DNA of 64,000 bases from Lytechinus pictus (Eukaryota), in contig NC_087263.1 of the NCBI RefSeq assembly GCF_037042905.1, forward strand, positions 11,286,001-11,350,000. The letters run 5' to 3'. Both the position numbers and the translations under genes were made by a program. Below the pieces are notes generated by a model, which saw only the letters and a list, made by a program, of their open reading frames with translations, was not told the origin of the DNA and did no database searches. Below, piece after piece: positions 12,831 to 25,097 of this stretch (the first letter of the stretch is position 1; each line of letters begins with the position of its first letter).

Positions 12831-14056
12831 CTGCTCAGGAACAGAGAGAGAGAGAGAGAGAGCGGGATAAATAGAGAGAGAAGGGCGGGGAATTGGGGGA
12901 ATGGTTGGAGAGAGGGGGTGAATGCTGACATAATATAATTGATTATAAATTCAACACAGTATTTTCATGATTAAGATTTACTTTCCTAATATTTAAACTG
13001 AATTAGATAAAACTCTCGAGGAATAAAGAGATGAGTAAATTATGTTTTACACTTGACGTGTATATACACTTGACGTGTATATACATAGGAAATTGTGAGA
13101 AACATTTGGAGATAGAGTGATAAGGGCATTGTGTGTGTTAATAGAATTGGGCAGAAAACTAGGAGATGCTGCATTAAAAATGTTTTTCTTGTTTCATGGA
13201 ACTTGATCGTAGATAGGTTCATAACGTATAATGGGGTGACCATATTTCGCATAAATTTGAAAAATAATCATGAAGTTGATTTTCAATCAAAAATTCCTCA
13301 CAGTTCGCACAAAATTAATCAAAATCATAAATACCAGACGGAAGGCAAGATCCCAAAGTCAAATTAGCTTGAGGGAATTATAAAGTCGGTCAATGGTTTC
13401 GCTCGTATCGCGATCTCAAAATTTCATGGCGATCGACTAGTGCGGGCTCGGCTGAAAAAAGTGTTTACTCATAAAAAAGTGTGACCTCACTTTGCGCACG
13501 ATCGTTTTGCAAAGCTTTAGATAAAAAAAATCAAGCAGACAAAGGTAGGATAATTATATCAGATGGAGGTTAAAATGCCATAAAGTCGTTAGGTATAACA
13601 TTTTACTTATTTGGAGACCTCTGCTGCAAACTGGTGATTTCTTGATGCTTGTCGAGAAGACCGGATTTTCTCAGAGCGGACGCAAAAGGTAACAAAATTC
13701 GCTGATGTTTTACCAATATTTTCACAATTTGAGACCTTACCTCCAAGAAAATTACCATACTGGGTAATTTTGGTCGATGATATCATTTTTTCAAGATATT
13801 AATTAGACAAAGAGATATTCGACCGCGCGCAAAATTAGGTAACGCGCGAAGTAAGTTCACACCACCATATGTGTCCAGCCACCCCAAAACCACAATAAGT
13901 CGCCGGGAAAGTTCTCTTTAGCTAGCCAAAATGTAATTTGGTTTTAAAAAGAAGGGGAAAAATAGTGAATTAGCTCGACGTCTGAACGACTTAATGTTCT
14001 TCTTTATACTGTCAATATTTTAATAATAAGAATCTCAAATTTCATTCTGGGCTACC

Positions 14057-14422
14057 TACCCTTCTGAAAAGAACAGTGTCACATAGCATGAGCGCACGGT
14101 GTTTCCAAAGTGTAAACTGTGGACACGTCGACAGTGTGACCATTCACAGCGTGTTCACACGGTCGACAATGTGGATGTGTAATTCTTACTGTTGAAATGC
14201 TCAAAATCAAGATTGTGAAGATATATATTTTCACACTGTGCATGGACACCTCGACAGTGTGTGACTGTTCACAGTGTGTTCACATGGTCGACTATCTGAG
14301 TTTGTGATTCACAATGTTGAAATGCTCAAAATGAACAGTGTGAAGGTGATATCACACTGTGTTACACACTTTCTGAACACACCATGGCACACACTGTGGG
14401 ACACTGTGTTCTTCCCAGTAGA
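14057..14422. mobile_element. Palindromic MITE rich in CACAGTGTG motifs
   Basis: Inverted ends GAAAAGAACAGTGT / ACACTGTGTTCTTCC; related copies at ~36479-36770 and ~56508-56799. Confidence 0.6.
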
Positions 14423-14469
14423 GTATTGGTTTTGGGGAAGCTGGTCACATTTTATCTTCTCCTACCCAC

Positions 14470-14677
14470 CTTCCACTGTCATCAATTGATGAATCTTTGT
14501 GAGAGCCTCCGTATAAGAGTCGAAGGTAGAAGAGGGAGGGAAAGACGAACGTAAGGAAGGTCACCGTAGACCCTCCCACCAGAGACAGGATAGCTCCAAA
14601 ATGGGGAATGGTTTCACCAGTAAAGAGGACCAGTCCTACGACAAGGGTTCGAATAATCATCCGCTTCCAGCTGAATT
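14470..14677 (-). CDS. Amino-acid transporter, coding exon 7
   Basis: (Q)[53 protein letters not shown]...DDSG; IPx[13 protein letters not shown] is typical of the family; AG/GT boundaries in phase. Confidence 0.93.
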
Positions 14678-15633
14678 CTGCAGAAAAAAAAGAAAGAAAA
14701 GAAAGAAAGAATGAGAAGCTAAAAGGAAGTTGATATGTATTCCAAACTCGCTTTCTTTCAGTTTTATTTGTCTTTTACAGTATATGGGCAATCCCATCGA
14801 GTTGGGTCAATTTTTAGGACATACCATATCTAAAACAAAACACCGTGTTTCATTTAAACTAAACACATATCTTTTAATGATTACATCAGCAAAAGTGGTG
14901 TCCCACAAAGATTTACTAAGTAAACATTATGATGAGTTGCAAATTTAGACTTGTCAATCTATTACCAATGATATATAAATGTGATGTCCATGTAGGATTG
15001 TAAACAAATATTTAAAATCAAGCAAAACATTGAAAATTTAATTTCATTGTAAAAAAATTAATGTAATTTCTTACAGTTTCGATTAATTTTTAAATGAGCG
15101 CGTCGACATAAATCACTTACTATTTCTTCTTTTTTAATTGTTCAATCTGTACAGATTTGGCAACAAGGGCCAACTTGCTTGAACCACAAACTGTGAAAAC
15201 AATGGTGCTTCCACATTTTGTTCAGGGAGGAATACAACTTTGTTTCACATGACAATGAGGAGAAAATAAAAATATATGTAATAATATACAAAATGAATAG
15301 CGAGTGGATAGACTTATTAGTCCCCTAGTCTGCATACCCAGCAAGATTTGCATATAACTTTTTTTAAATTAAACGACACCTTGAAAAAGTCATAACTTTT
15401 TTATCTCGCAATCCGATTTTGATAACATTTTTAGTGTAATGCTTGCTTGATTTTTTAATTTCATTCATGTAAACTATTGTTTTGGTTGGTTTCGTCCTTT
15501 ACACAATACTCACTGTCCGTCCCAAGTTACATAAGGATTAAATTAATACATTTTAATCTGGAAAAAAAATCTTCGAGAATCACGTTGTGGGCATTCATTA
15601 ATCAAATGCAAATAAACTGCTGATGTTTCTTAC

Positions 15634-15852
15634 GCAATGGTATATGAAGGGCTTCCTCGAGCTGCTGACATAATGGGTTGATGACGATGACGAAACCGAA
15701 AACCAAATGAAGTAGAATCATGATGGTGACTATTTTGTGGATGACTCCCTTGTATATGATATCGAGGATGTAGTCGGTGTTCATGGTGATGAAGAGATCA
15801 CCGTAGACGAAATAACCGGCAGCCGCCACAGGGAAGTACATCACGACAATGA
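15634..15852 (-). CDS. Amino-acid transporter, coding exon 6
   Basis: (I)IVVMYFPVAAAGYFVYGD...LLHLVFGFVIVINPLCQQLEEALHIPL; TAG acceptor, GTAAG donor. Confidence 0.93.
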
Positions 15853-16283
15853 CTAGCGGGGTAAAAAGAAATAATATTAAGAAATTAGTGTTGGACCTGT
15901 GTTGCCCTGACCGTGGTGGCAGTCCATGTAGGGCGCCATCTCATGTCATGGTGAAACGGTAGCAGCTATTTCCAGAGTCTCGACTTGAAAGGGTATCCCA
16001 GGCTGAAAATTTGATCACAATTGGACAAGGAATAGAGAAATCATGATACTTTAAAGATTTGCATTACCTCGGTAAAACATCTTGATGCGAGTCTTCATTA
16101 ATATTCAATGAACATACTTATGATTAAAAGGGGGGGGGGGTTGCCCCAGCTCTTATTAATAGTCAGTCGATAAAATGATATAAGGTCACTAAACTGTTGT
16201 AAATTTGGACTTGGAATTGAAATTTCAATATAACATACAAAATATTTCCAAACTTTAAACATGATTTAACTATAATATCTCAC

Positions 16284-16525
16284 TTGAATACGCCAGAGCA
16301 ATACTCTTCGGGAATGATTTTGGCTCCCTCATGTCGTGTTGTATCGTAGGGAAAGCTGCATGTCCTCCAAAGGCAAATATGATGGTTCCAAAAGCTACAA
16401 AGAAACTGACGAAAGAGGGCGACGTGTGTGTTGTGTCCGGGTAGTCATGGATTTCCGTCATGATTTGAATGAATAGAAGAATGCAGGCAATGCTCGTAGC
16501 TGCCATGGCGCCAATGGCTACTGGC
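16284..16525 (-). CDS. Amino-acid transporter, coding exon 5
   Basis: PVAIGAMAATSIACILL...FGTIIFAFGGHAAFPTIQHDMREPKSFPKSIALAYS; FAFGGH..FPTIQ.DM..P..F is a hallmark Aa_trans motif; GTGAG donor. Confidence 0.95.
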
Positions 16526-17209
16526 CTGGTCAGAAATGGAAGAGGAGAAAATGGGAAATTAGTGACATAGGATAAACAGTAATTTTTTTTAAACAGTAAT
16601 TTATTTTTTCAGCACTCCGGTTAAGCTCGTCACTCTTAACAACAAGTTGTTTAAACGTTGAAACAATTTCAAGGAACTTGTTTAAATTGTTTAAACTAAT
16701 TAAACACTTTAAAACAAAATGTATACATATGTTTTATAACTTTAAACAATAGTTGTTAAAGTGACAAGCATAAACAATGTTTTATATTTTTAAGCCATGT
16801 GTTTAGGAATTTAAAAGTACAGGAAGCCGAAATGGCAGGGGCTATCATTTAAAAAAAGTTCAGAGAGAGAGAGAAACAGGGAAACAGAAGAGGCTGAAAA
16901 AAGGTTAATGAGAGGAAGAATAAGGAAACTAAAGCAAAGATGAATAGGAAGATTTTGTTTAAAATAGATGCAAAGAGGGGTCAGTCTAAGTAGTGTTTGA
17001 GATACATTACATTTTATTTTTAAAAAATCATTGAAACACGAAACGAAAAAAAGACGAGTATTAAACAAAAGTAAAGGGTGTTTAAAGGTGTGTGTGCTGG
17101 TGTGTTGGTGTGTGAGGGGTGATGGCATGTGTGGGGTTTTGGGGTGTGATAGTTATAACACTATTGATTATAATAATAATAATAATTGCAATAACAGTTG
17201 TTTACCTAC

Positions 17210-17389
17210 CAGAAATCTTTGGGGGTGCCAAACCACGTTAAAGGAATGAGACAGGCTGCTATGATGGGCAACCAATAGCAGAACGAGAACCCCCTTTCGA
17301 CTAAAAGCTCCATATTACTTGCTGCCAGTAGGAGGAAGACCGTACTCACTCCAAACAGGGTTGCGTTCACACAAAACGTTACTATGTAG
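17210..17389 (-). CDS. Amino-acid transporter, coding exon 4
   Basis: YIVTFCVNATLFGVSTVFLLLAASNMELL...CLIPLTWFGTPKDF(W); CAG acceptor, GTAGG donor. Confidence 0.92.
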
Positions 17390-17764
17390 CTGTTACAAAC
17401 ACCGGGAAAATAACAGGGACAGAGAAACGTCGCAGTATTATTTAACATGTTAAAAAAAGCCAACCCGCTTATAAACTGCAAAGCCTTCCAGGCTATAAAC
17501 ACAATTATGCAAGCGAAGTTTAAAAAAAAATCATGTGTAAGGGATGGGGTGGGAAAATTCTTTCCAATCCCGGAAGGGGTCAGTGTTATGTTCACAAAAT
17601 AGCAGGATATTTGTTTTCAATATTTCAGCATTAAAGTAATTCAACAATCTTTAAAATACAATACCTCGCGAGCCGACCCCCCCCCCCAAAAAAAAAGAAG
17701 ATAAATAAAACATAAATATCATGGCTATGAATTAATCTAAGTTGTTCTTGTTGAAAGGATTATG

Positions 17765-18039
17765 TGAAGCGTTGTGGCCCATTGGATAAGTCTCTGGACT
17801 TTGAAGCAGAGCGTCGTCGGTTCGATCCCAGGCCATGGTGCTATTTCGTTCAACAAGAATTCGATCCAAAATATGATCCATTCAAGACACCTGACGAAAA
17901 TCGGTACCGGCAGGAAGTAATTCCTCAAATGGCTGTGAGCACCGAAATCGGTTGCAGATCTTAGCCGGGGTAATATTAAAGCACCTCGAGCACCAAATAA
18001 GGTTGATAACTGCACTATACATCATTTATTATTATTATT
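17765..18039 (+). mobile_element. tRNA-derived SINE (subfamily B), intronic
   Basis: A-box-like TGGCCCATTGG, B-box GGTTCGATCCC, ATT tail; homologous to 32046-32335. Confidence 0.75.
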
Positions 18040-18369
18040 TTGGTTAAAACTTTGTATAAAATATCACGGTAGGCTACTATAGATAAAAGCAAATGAATAC
18101 TCTCTCCCCCATAAAAAAAAACATATATATAATGATAATAATAATAACAATAATGATAATAATAATGATAATAATAATAATGATAATTGAATAATTAAGA
18201 AAACAATGATCAATGAAATAAAATACAAATGAATGAAAAACAATACAATAAGAATATTGCAATAAATGAATATATAAAAAATAAATGCATACATTAACAG
18301 ATGATCAAAATGAAATAAAATAGGCCTAGCATGAAAAGAAATAATATAAGTTATGTTACACTACCTTAC

Positions 18370-18541
18370 CTTCCTATTTTGCCATACGCCTCGAACCCTA
18401 TAGCAGGGTAGGGATACCGGGTATGACATGCATACTTATCTGGGAACCTATCCTTGATGATGGTCCAGCACCGGCCTAGAACTACACCCGTATAAGCCGA
18501 CATGATCGCAGCAATTATTATCAATGGCAGACCAAACCAAC
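18370..18541 (-). CDS. Amino-acid transporter, coding exon 3
   Basis: (G)WFGLPLIIIAAIMSAYTGVVLGRCWTIIKDRFPDKYACHTRYPYPAIGFEAYGKIG; translated by hand (absent from the ORF track); TAG/GTAAG boundaries. Confidence 0.93.
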
Positions 18542-20309
18542 CTATGAAACATAAGGGAAGTTGTAATCTTTTGTGATTAATTTGAGTTAAATATATTCAA
18601 TGGTTAATAAATTACGACCATGCAATGGTAAATTATTTCAATAAGTTGCCTCTGTAAATGCCAGGAGGCCCTCCTCTTTTTTTATAGACCCGAAATCACA
18701 TGCCTACCGCAGTTACAGTACATTGCCATTGTTAAACTATCTCACAAAGGAAAATTTGATTCCCAAGTTGCTTACAAGGTCACGACCACTTCGTCAAAAT
18801 AATAAATGGAATACAAAATTGGAGGATATTAAATAAATCTAAATCGGATGTAAAATATGAAAGTTGGGATATACTTTAGTTCCGCTTATTGCGAAACACT
18901 GTTTCTAGGGAGTATTCAAATAGGCCTCATAATCAAATGGTAATACAGATAAATTTATATTGCGTTAAAAAACGGGTGAGCATGGGCTTATATCCGCTCG
19001 CGCTTTCTGTTCATTAGGGGGGGATGGCGCTTTGTATTATTGCGTAATGTTCCCCAGATGAATAAAACTTTCCGCGGATCGACACCTTTCGGGGGTGGGG
19101 ATTAAAAAGATTAAACTTTGTTTTCCGACATGAGGCTTCTTTTTTTTCTTCTTCTTCTTTCTCTTTTCTTGCCTTTGTAATACGATCACGTTCTCTTCAC
19201 AAAGGAGATCGCGTAATCGACATATGTCAATACTATGCGCGCATAACTTGGAACAATGGATTCGGGTCAGAAGGGTGAAATTTACTACGCGCACTGTCTT
19301 TCATTGCAGAAATTGCATTCTTGTTCCATTATTGCTTCAAGTTTCGCTCGAGTAAGACGTATTTGTGGTCCGCTCTATTAAATCAGACCAGACCATTCAT
19401 ATTCTACATAACCGCGATTCCCAGTTCGGGAACTCATGCCCGTAGATACAGGACACTAAAAGCATGGAGCTGTAATAGCTCCATGCTAAAAGTATTCCAA
19501 CCTTTTTTCTGTCAACGAAGCGAGATTAAGATTTTTTTTGCTTCATTTTTGCTTCTGACCTGAAATATAGACTATAAACTCAAGCCTCGAAGTTTAGCCA
19601 CATGTAGAATTGATGATACAATTTGGACTATCTACAAAATCCAATCTACTTCTTCACGACAGTCTATAGATTCTATGACGTTGGAATATTTAGTAAAGTC
19701 AGGATGGACAGTTGCCTATCGCTTTCATCACATCGGAGTAGCATGAGAAGAGACCAGTGCAACGCAGAATTTCAAAGCCCGGTGAGTTGTCTCAGACCAG
19801 GTTTGGTATTGTCAGTTTCGTTTACATGACCCCTTATTTTGTTCGATGCTAATCAACATTTTACAATTATCATTATTTATAATATTACATTATATTATTT
19901 ATTAATTATAATTAACAAATTTATATTTTGATTTCCAGATTATAGGGCCTACAGGAGATTAGCAATGTCTTTCTGTGGCCGTTAAATTTAAAAGTAAACT
20001 TATGTTACTAGAGGTAAAGATCCCCCTTCATAAAGGATCAAGGAAGTCATGACCAAACAAGCACATGTCAACATAGTCAATATGAAATGAAAAAAGAACC
20101 CGGCCCACTCACTTATCGGTATATTTTGCAACAGTTGACTAGCGCACAGGACTATCTTTGCTTTTTTTGGAGGGACATAACTGTTGCGCCCCCACCCCCC
20201 CAAAAAAATATATAAAAGATAATACTCCGCGCTTACGCCCAAAAATGGAACACGTACCCCCTGGAATCTAAAGCGTTAAGATGGATATGACGTTATTTAT
20301 ATATATACA

Positions 20310-20340
<31 letters not shown>

Positions 20341-20647
20341 GAAAGATCAAAGGAAACGAACATGAACAATAAATATCATAAAAAAGGCGTCTTGTACAGA
20401 AGGTTGTACGTGGCACCGCCATAATTTGAACCCTACGCGTCGTCCAAAGCCCCCCCCCCCCCCCCCGTTTGTCAAAAGGGTACGTGTCTTTGCATTACTT
20501 TTTTCTCATCTGCTCATGTTATATCCAAGATGTCAATGCGCGCAGCTTGACCTTTTGAAGTACTTTTGTTTCCGGTGGTCTCGTAATAGCGGGTGGAAGC
20601 TCTATCCACCTATGCTATGCTATGACTCCGATGCTTCAGCATATACA

Positions 20648-21015
20648 TGATGGTAAATTGCAATTCGTCTACTGCCAACTTGTCCACTCACCACATGGTC
20701 AACTTCATTTAGTCTAATGCCATTCCTTCCATCTATATTTCGTCTAACAACCAGGTCCAGTAACCATTTGGTCAAATCATTTCTTCGTCTAATAACCAGT
20801 TCGTCTATGACCATTTCGTCTCTTAACCAATTAATCTAATATCCGTTTTAGTTTCATTCATTTTGCCCAATGAACACTTGGTCTCATTAGACCAAATGGT
20901 ATACGGAATAAAAGGCCATTGGACCAACTAATTGGACCAACTGATGGTAGACCAACTTATAGTGGACGAGTTGGGAATTGGACGAATTTGCATTGCACCA
21001 AATGAAAATAAGCCT
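20648..21015. repeat. Degenerate palindromic repeat/MITE with reiterated GTCTA/GACCAA motifs
   Basis: TGCAATTCGTC at left and GACGAATTTGCA at right; many short internal motif copies. Confidence 0.45.
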
Positions 21016-21104
21016 ACATGATCTCGTCCTCTGAACATCAGAATAAATCACATTGTTTATAATTATCCAGACAAATCTTCGAAAAAACTAGAAAAAATAC
21101 CTAC

Positions 21105-21204
21105 CGGCATCAACAATAGCTCGTGGTAATGCTAGCACTCCTGTTCCGGCCATCTCACCTACGATGAAGATACCAGTCGTTATTGTTCCCAGTCCCTTTG
21201 CAAC
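21105..21204 (-). CDS. Amino-acid transporter, coding exon 2
   Basis: VAKGLGTITTGIFIVGEMAGTGVLALPRAIVDA(G); G.G.LALP TM1 motif of the AAAP family; CAG/GTAGG boundaries. Confidence 0.93.
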
Positions 21205-21249
21205 CTGTAGAAAGGGTATATTTCATAATAAGCAATGATTTCATTTGAT

Positions 21250-21440
21250 ACTGCACTCAACCCAGGATAGGTGAATAGGTAATCAGTAAGAAATTCTTGG
21301 AATGATTGAGCGCCTAGGCAGCCCAGCTGAAAACCTTGGTAATAAGATCAAGGACCCAGTGGGATAACAATTTATGGAACTGAAGTGGCGACCCGGAGTA
21401 AATATTCCGTTTTCATTATTATTATTATTATTATTATTAT
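21250..21440 (+). mobile_element. Degenerate 3' part of a SINE (subfamily B-like)
   Basis: CTGCACTCAACCCAGG..AGGTGAATAGG resembles the SINE body at 32158-32190; ATT tail. Confidence 0.5.
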
Positions 21441-21923
21441 GCCGTTGTCATGATTATTACTGTTTTGTATTTATATATTTTACAGGAAAGCAGTAAACGT
21501 CATATCATAATTTATGAGCTAGTGTATAGTGAGCTAGTATAGGGGAGAGGTGAGCCGGGGATACACCCCCCAAAAAAATGAAAATGTTGCCAGAACAAAC
21601 TAAGATAACAGTAAAAGTAAAACGGATTTACAATATTCATTCAAAATCTAAATACAGAATTAAATTTTTATTCTGTAATTTTCAAGGTCTGCGCTTACTC
21701 GTGACTGTTTATGATTGTAATCATAATTATCATTTTTATGAATGGGATCAAACATTTATCATCATGCGATTTGTTGGAAGAGCTTCACGTGATTATGGGT
21801 TGTTTTAACTATTTCAGAATTGATACTCCATGATCATAATGATGTACTTGTTATTCGGAAAGTGACGTAACTTTTATGACGATATATCCCAAATACTACT
21901 CGGGAAATGACGTCACAGCCAAG

Positions 21924-22050
21924 CAGTGGAGTGTGACTCGAAACCGGACTGGAGTCCGTTTTTGCCGGTCTCGGACTCTGACTCGAAGGTTCATGACTCG
22001 GTCTCGGACTTGGACTCGGGGCCCTTGACTTGATGACTCGGCGAAGAGTC
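21924..22050 (+). mobile_element. Truncated end of a hAT-like non-autonomous element
   Basis: Starts CAGTGG; clustered GACTCG/GGACT subterminal repeats; matching other end not found. Confidence 0.5.
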
Positions 22051-23318
22051 CGGCGCGAGATTGGGTTATTTTGGCACTAAAGGGGTAATGCACGCAGTTT
22101 CCATACTCCGAAATTTTCCCAATATTCCACACAGTATTTTCAAATATCACTCACACAATGGCAGCCACGTCGGATCACGGAGTACTAACGTTAATAGTAC
22201 TCCAATGCCTATGCGATGCCTATGCGCAGTACATGTTACGCGCGATATAGTAATAGTATGTGTAAACACACGAAAAACATGGCTGCCCGTTTTCGCAGTC
22301 TGAGCTACATGCTTATGTTTTGAACAAGGCCTCTTGCCTAAACGCAGAAAACGTTGCAATATCTTTGAAACCTTAATCTCTGATATCATATGATATGTGT
22401 ATCTGAATTTCACTTTCATATAATAGAAAACCTTCACTTTACCATATCTGGCAAAGTATGTTCTCAGATTACATTTACACATATCTAAAGTTTGGGGATT
22501 TTTTGCTTATCGAACAGGGAGGGTACTGCGAAACAACTAAAAAGTTGGTATCTTGGTATGTTTCTAATGAATTTCTTACTAAACATGTAAACTGCATGTA
22601 ATTTTTGGACTCTGATACATCACCATGATCACTGCATCACTGTCGCGGTGTCAGGGCTGTAGCCAGTGGCCAGATACCGATCGCGGTAGCGTCGGCTTTC
22701 ATTTCTTTAGCTCAGCTTGTAATAAATGTTTTAAAAACCGTCTGCTTGATAAAGAAGGTGGATACCAGTAAGCGATTTGGTCAGTATACTGACGAAAATT
22801 ATAATGTTTTCATTTCTTCAGTGGACAATGAAAATTTCCTAAAACTAAATCAACTATGGATTTGCAGTTTTCGAGGGAATTTGTTCGGATAACTTTGATT
22901 ATAATTATTGTACATCGGGACTTGCTATATGTTTTCCTGATATTTGAATATCAAAACGAACGAAAAATGTTGGAATGCTAAAATCAAAATGAGAAAAAAT
23001 TAAATGAAATGAAAATTATGGGCATCGATGGATCCGATAGTACTATTCACTCCGGGTATTCACTTCTGGCCTGCGCCTCTCAGTGAATAGTACTATCTGA
23101 GGCATATACTCATAGCTTTAATCACAAACTTTCGAGACGAAGTATATGTGTACTAACACCGCAAAATAATGCACAATTTAGTCAATCAGGGCCCTGTTGC
23201 ATAAACATTGTGTAATTTATGTCATTATGGCATAAAGTTTTATGCAACAGGGCCCAGTTATATCCATACAGAATTTCCGCAAAATTCATGTATAATTATC
23301 ATTCATTATTATGCATAC

Positions 23319-23417
23319 CTCCATCGTGCCGATTGCAGAGGTGTTTCTATTGGTGTCTGATATAATGCGTTCTTCATCTTCTCGTCCCTTCATCTTCAAC
23401 CAATCAAACCTTGGCAT
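23319..23417 (-). CDS. Amino-acid transporter, coding exon 1 (exon spans 23457-23319; ATG at 23417)
   Basis: MPRFDWLKMKGREDEERIISDTNRNTSAIGTME; 99 nt, phase 0 into exon 2; GTATG donor; total spliced CDS 1380 nt = 459 aa plus stop. Confidence 0.8.
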
Positions 23418-23659
23418 GGGATTTATTTTCTTTCGTAGGACGATGCCCTTGTTTAACCTGCTAAAGTAGAAAAACGGGCATTCAAAAAACTCAATCGAGT
23501 TAATGAATTCGCTAACATACTAGGTGCAGATTATTAATGGCAGTTATGATGGTCAAAAAGGAAGAAACGTTGATAATAATGACAATGATGGTGATAATGA
23601 TAGTAGTAGTAGTAATAGTAGTAGTAGTAGTAGTAAAATAAAAAAAATTATGATAATGA

Positions 23660-23694
<35 letters not shown>

Positions 23695-24554
23695 ATGATA
23701 ATGATAATCAATAGCATTAATTTTACTGATATCAATAATGAAAATAATGGCAAAAACGATAGCAAATACAAGGATTGTAATTACCATTTCAACTAAACTG
23801 ATCAAAGAAATGACGAAAACTTTATGAACAATCATGCTGATAAAGAAGATTATTATACCAACAAAAAAGTCCTATAAGCAATATTAATGTTTCTCATAAT
23901 GAAAATACAATATGAATATGTAATAACAATGACATGAATTAGATTGAAGTGTCAAAATATTTTTGATAAAAAATAAAATAAAGATTTGAACTGTAAGCCC
24001 TTGAAGATTACGAATGTGTGTGTCATGAACACGTAAGCCTTTTTATTTCATTTTTTTCCATTATGCATCTATATCAAGCCTGTACACTTTGCAAAGAATA
24101 ATTCCATATTTGTAGTCACAATATGCAAGCTTTCATTGAAATCCCTTATAAACACGCAATGCGAAAATTTCTACAATATCTACTTCTTTTTTCTCCTCAC
24201 ATAAATGATTACTGGAACGTATAATACACAGATAGGGAAATTACATTCAAGAAGATATTGTGCATTTATACGTGTTTCCTTCACCAGAGGAATCATATTA
24301 TCACATATGTTCTTCGACATGTCAATTGTTGTATTTCAAGATATTCTATTGCAACAGAAAAGATCAATGGTCAAACTGTTTGCTGTGTTAAAGGTAGAAT
24401 TGAGAAGACTCCCCATTTAAACAAATAAAATCAAGTTATTATCAGCCATATCGGAGTGCAGTTGAATTCGTACTGGATTCACACAATCGGTTGTAATTAC
24501 CAGAACGGACAAACAACATAAACAATACTGTTAGTAATATAAAAAAAAACATAC

Positions 24555-24680
24555 CTGTCACCTGAGCACAATTTCGGCAGTTATGCGGAATGAAGGGTCT
24601 TGTTGAGCTCCCTAAAATTCACATGAACCTTTCTCCTTTTGCAGATTTCCCAATGAGTGTTACTCCCGAAGCAGTAGACA
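24555..24680 (-). other. Probable non-coding first exon of the transporter gene
   Basis: CAG/GTATG donor at 24555/24554; in-frame TAA upstream supports the ATG at 23417; 5' limit estimated from the TATA box. Confidence 0.55.
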
Positions 24681-24699
24681 TGACACCATAAATATAATT

Positions 24700-24832
24700 T
24701 TGCTTTTTTATAAGGAAAGAAACTTTTGAAGCGCACTCGATCGAGGGCTGTCAGCTGATTGAAAAGTTTTTGTATTTGCTCAGTCATTACAAATGGGTCA
24801 CAAAGTTCATTCTACTACAACGTCACGTGAGC
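24700..24832 (-). promoter_or_regulatory. Putative transporter promoter: TATA box, DR3 nuclear-receptor site, CLEAR-like E-box
   Basis: Minus-strand TATAAAAA at ~24705-24712; GGGTCAcaaAGTTCA at 24795-24809; GTCACGTGAG at 24822-24831. Confidence 0.5.
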
Positions 24833-24994
24833 TTGTTTCAATTTTAGCTATTTGACACACAGGTAATAAAAGCTGCTTCTCCCTTGCAGATACGTGTACT
24901 TTCTACTTTAATTTGTAACAAATGTATTTGTTCCATCGATTATCAATATGGTTTTTTTTGCTATACATATACGTAAATAATGACATCATGCAGC

Positions 24995-25097
24995 ATTAAT
25001 ATGGCTTAATATTGCCCCGGCTTTAGCACAGTTACCCTGATGAGGTGCTCGAGCATTGGAGGAATTCCTTTCTACCGGGTACCCACAGCACCTGGGT
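24995..25097 (-). mobile_element. SINE fragment (subfamily A-like)
   Basis: Reverse complement of GGAATTCCT..AATGCTCGAGC...ATCAGGGTA...GTGCTAAA seen in the plus-strand copies. Confidence 0.55.

Noticed and set aside
14445..14469. Transporter ending at the in-frame stop at 14445 (..WVGEDKM*)
   Set aside because: A donor at 14470 joins in phase to exon 12830-12671, which supplies the missing last TM helix
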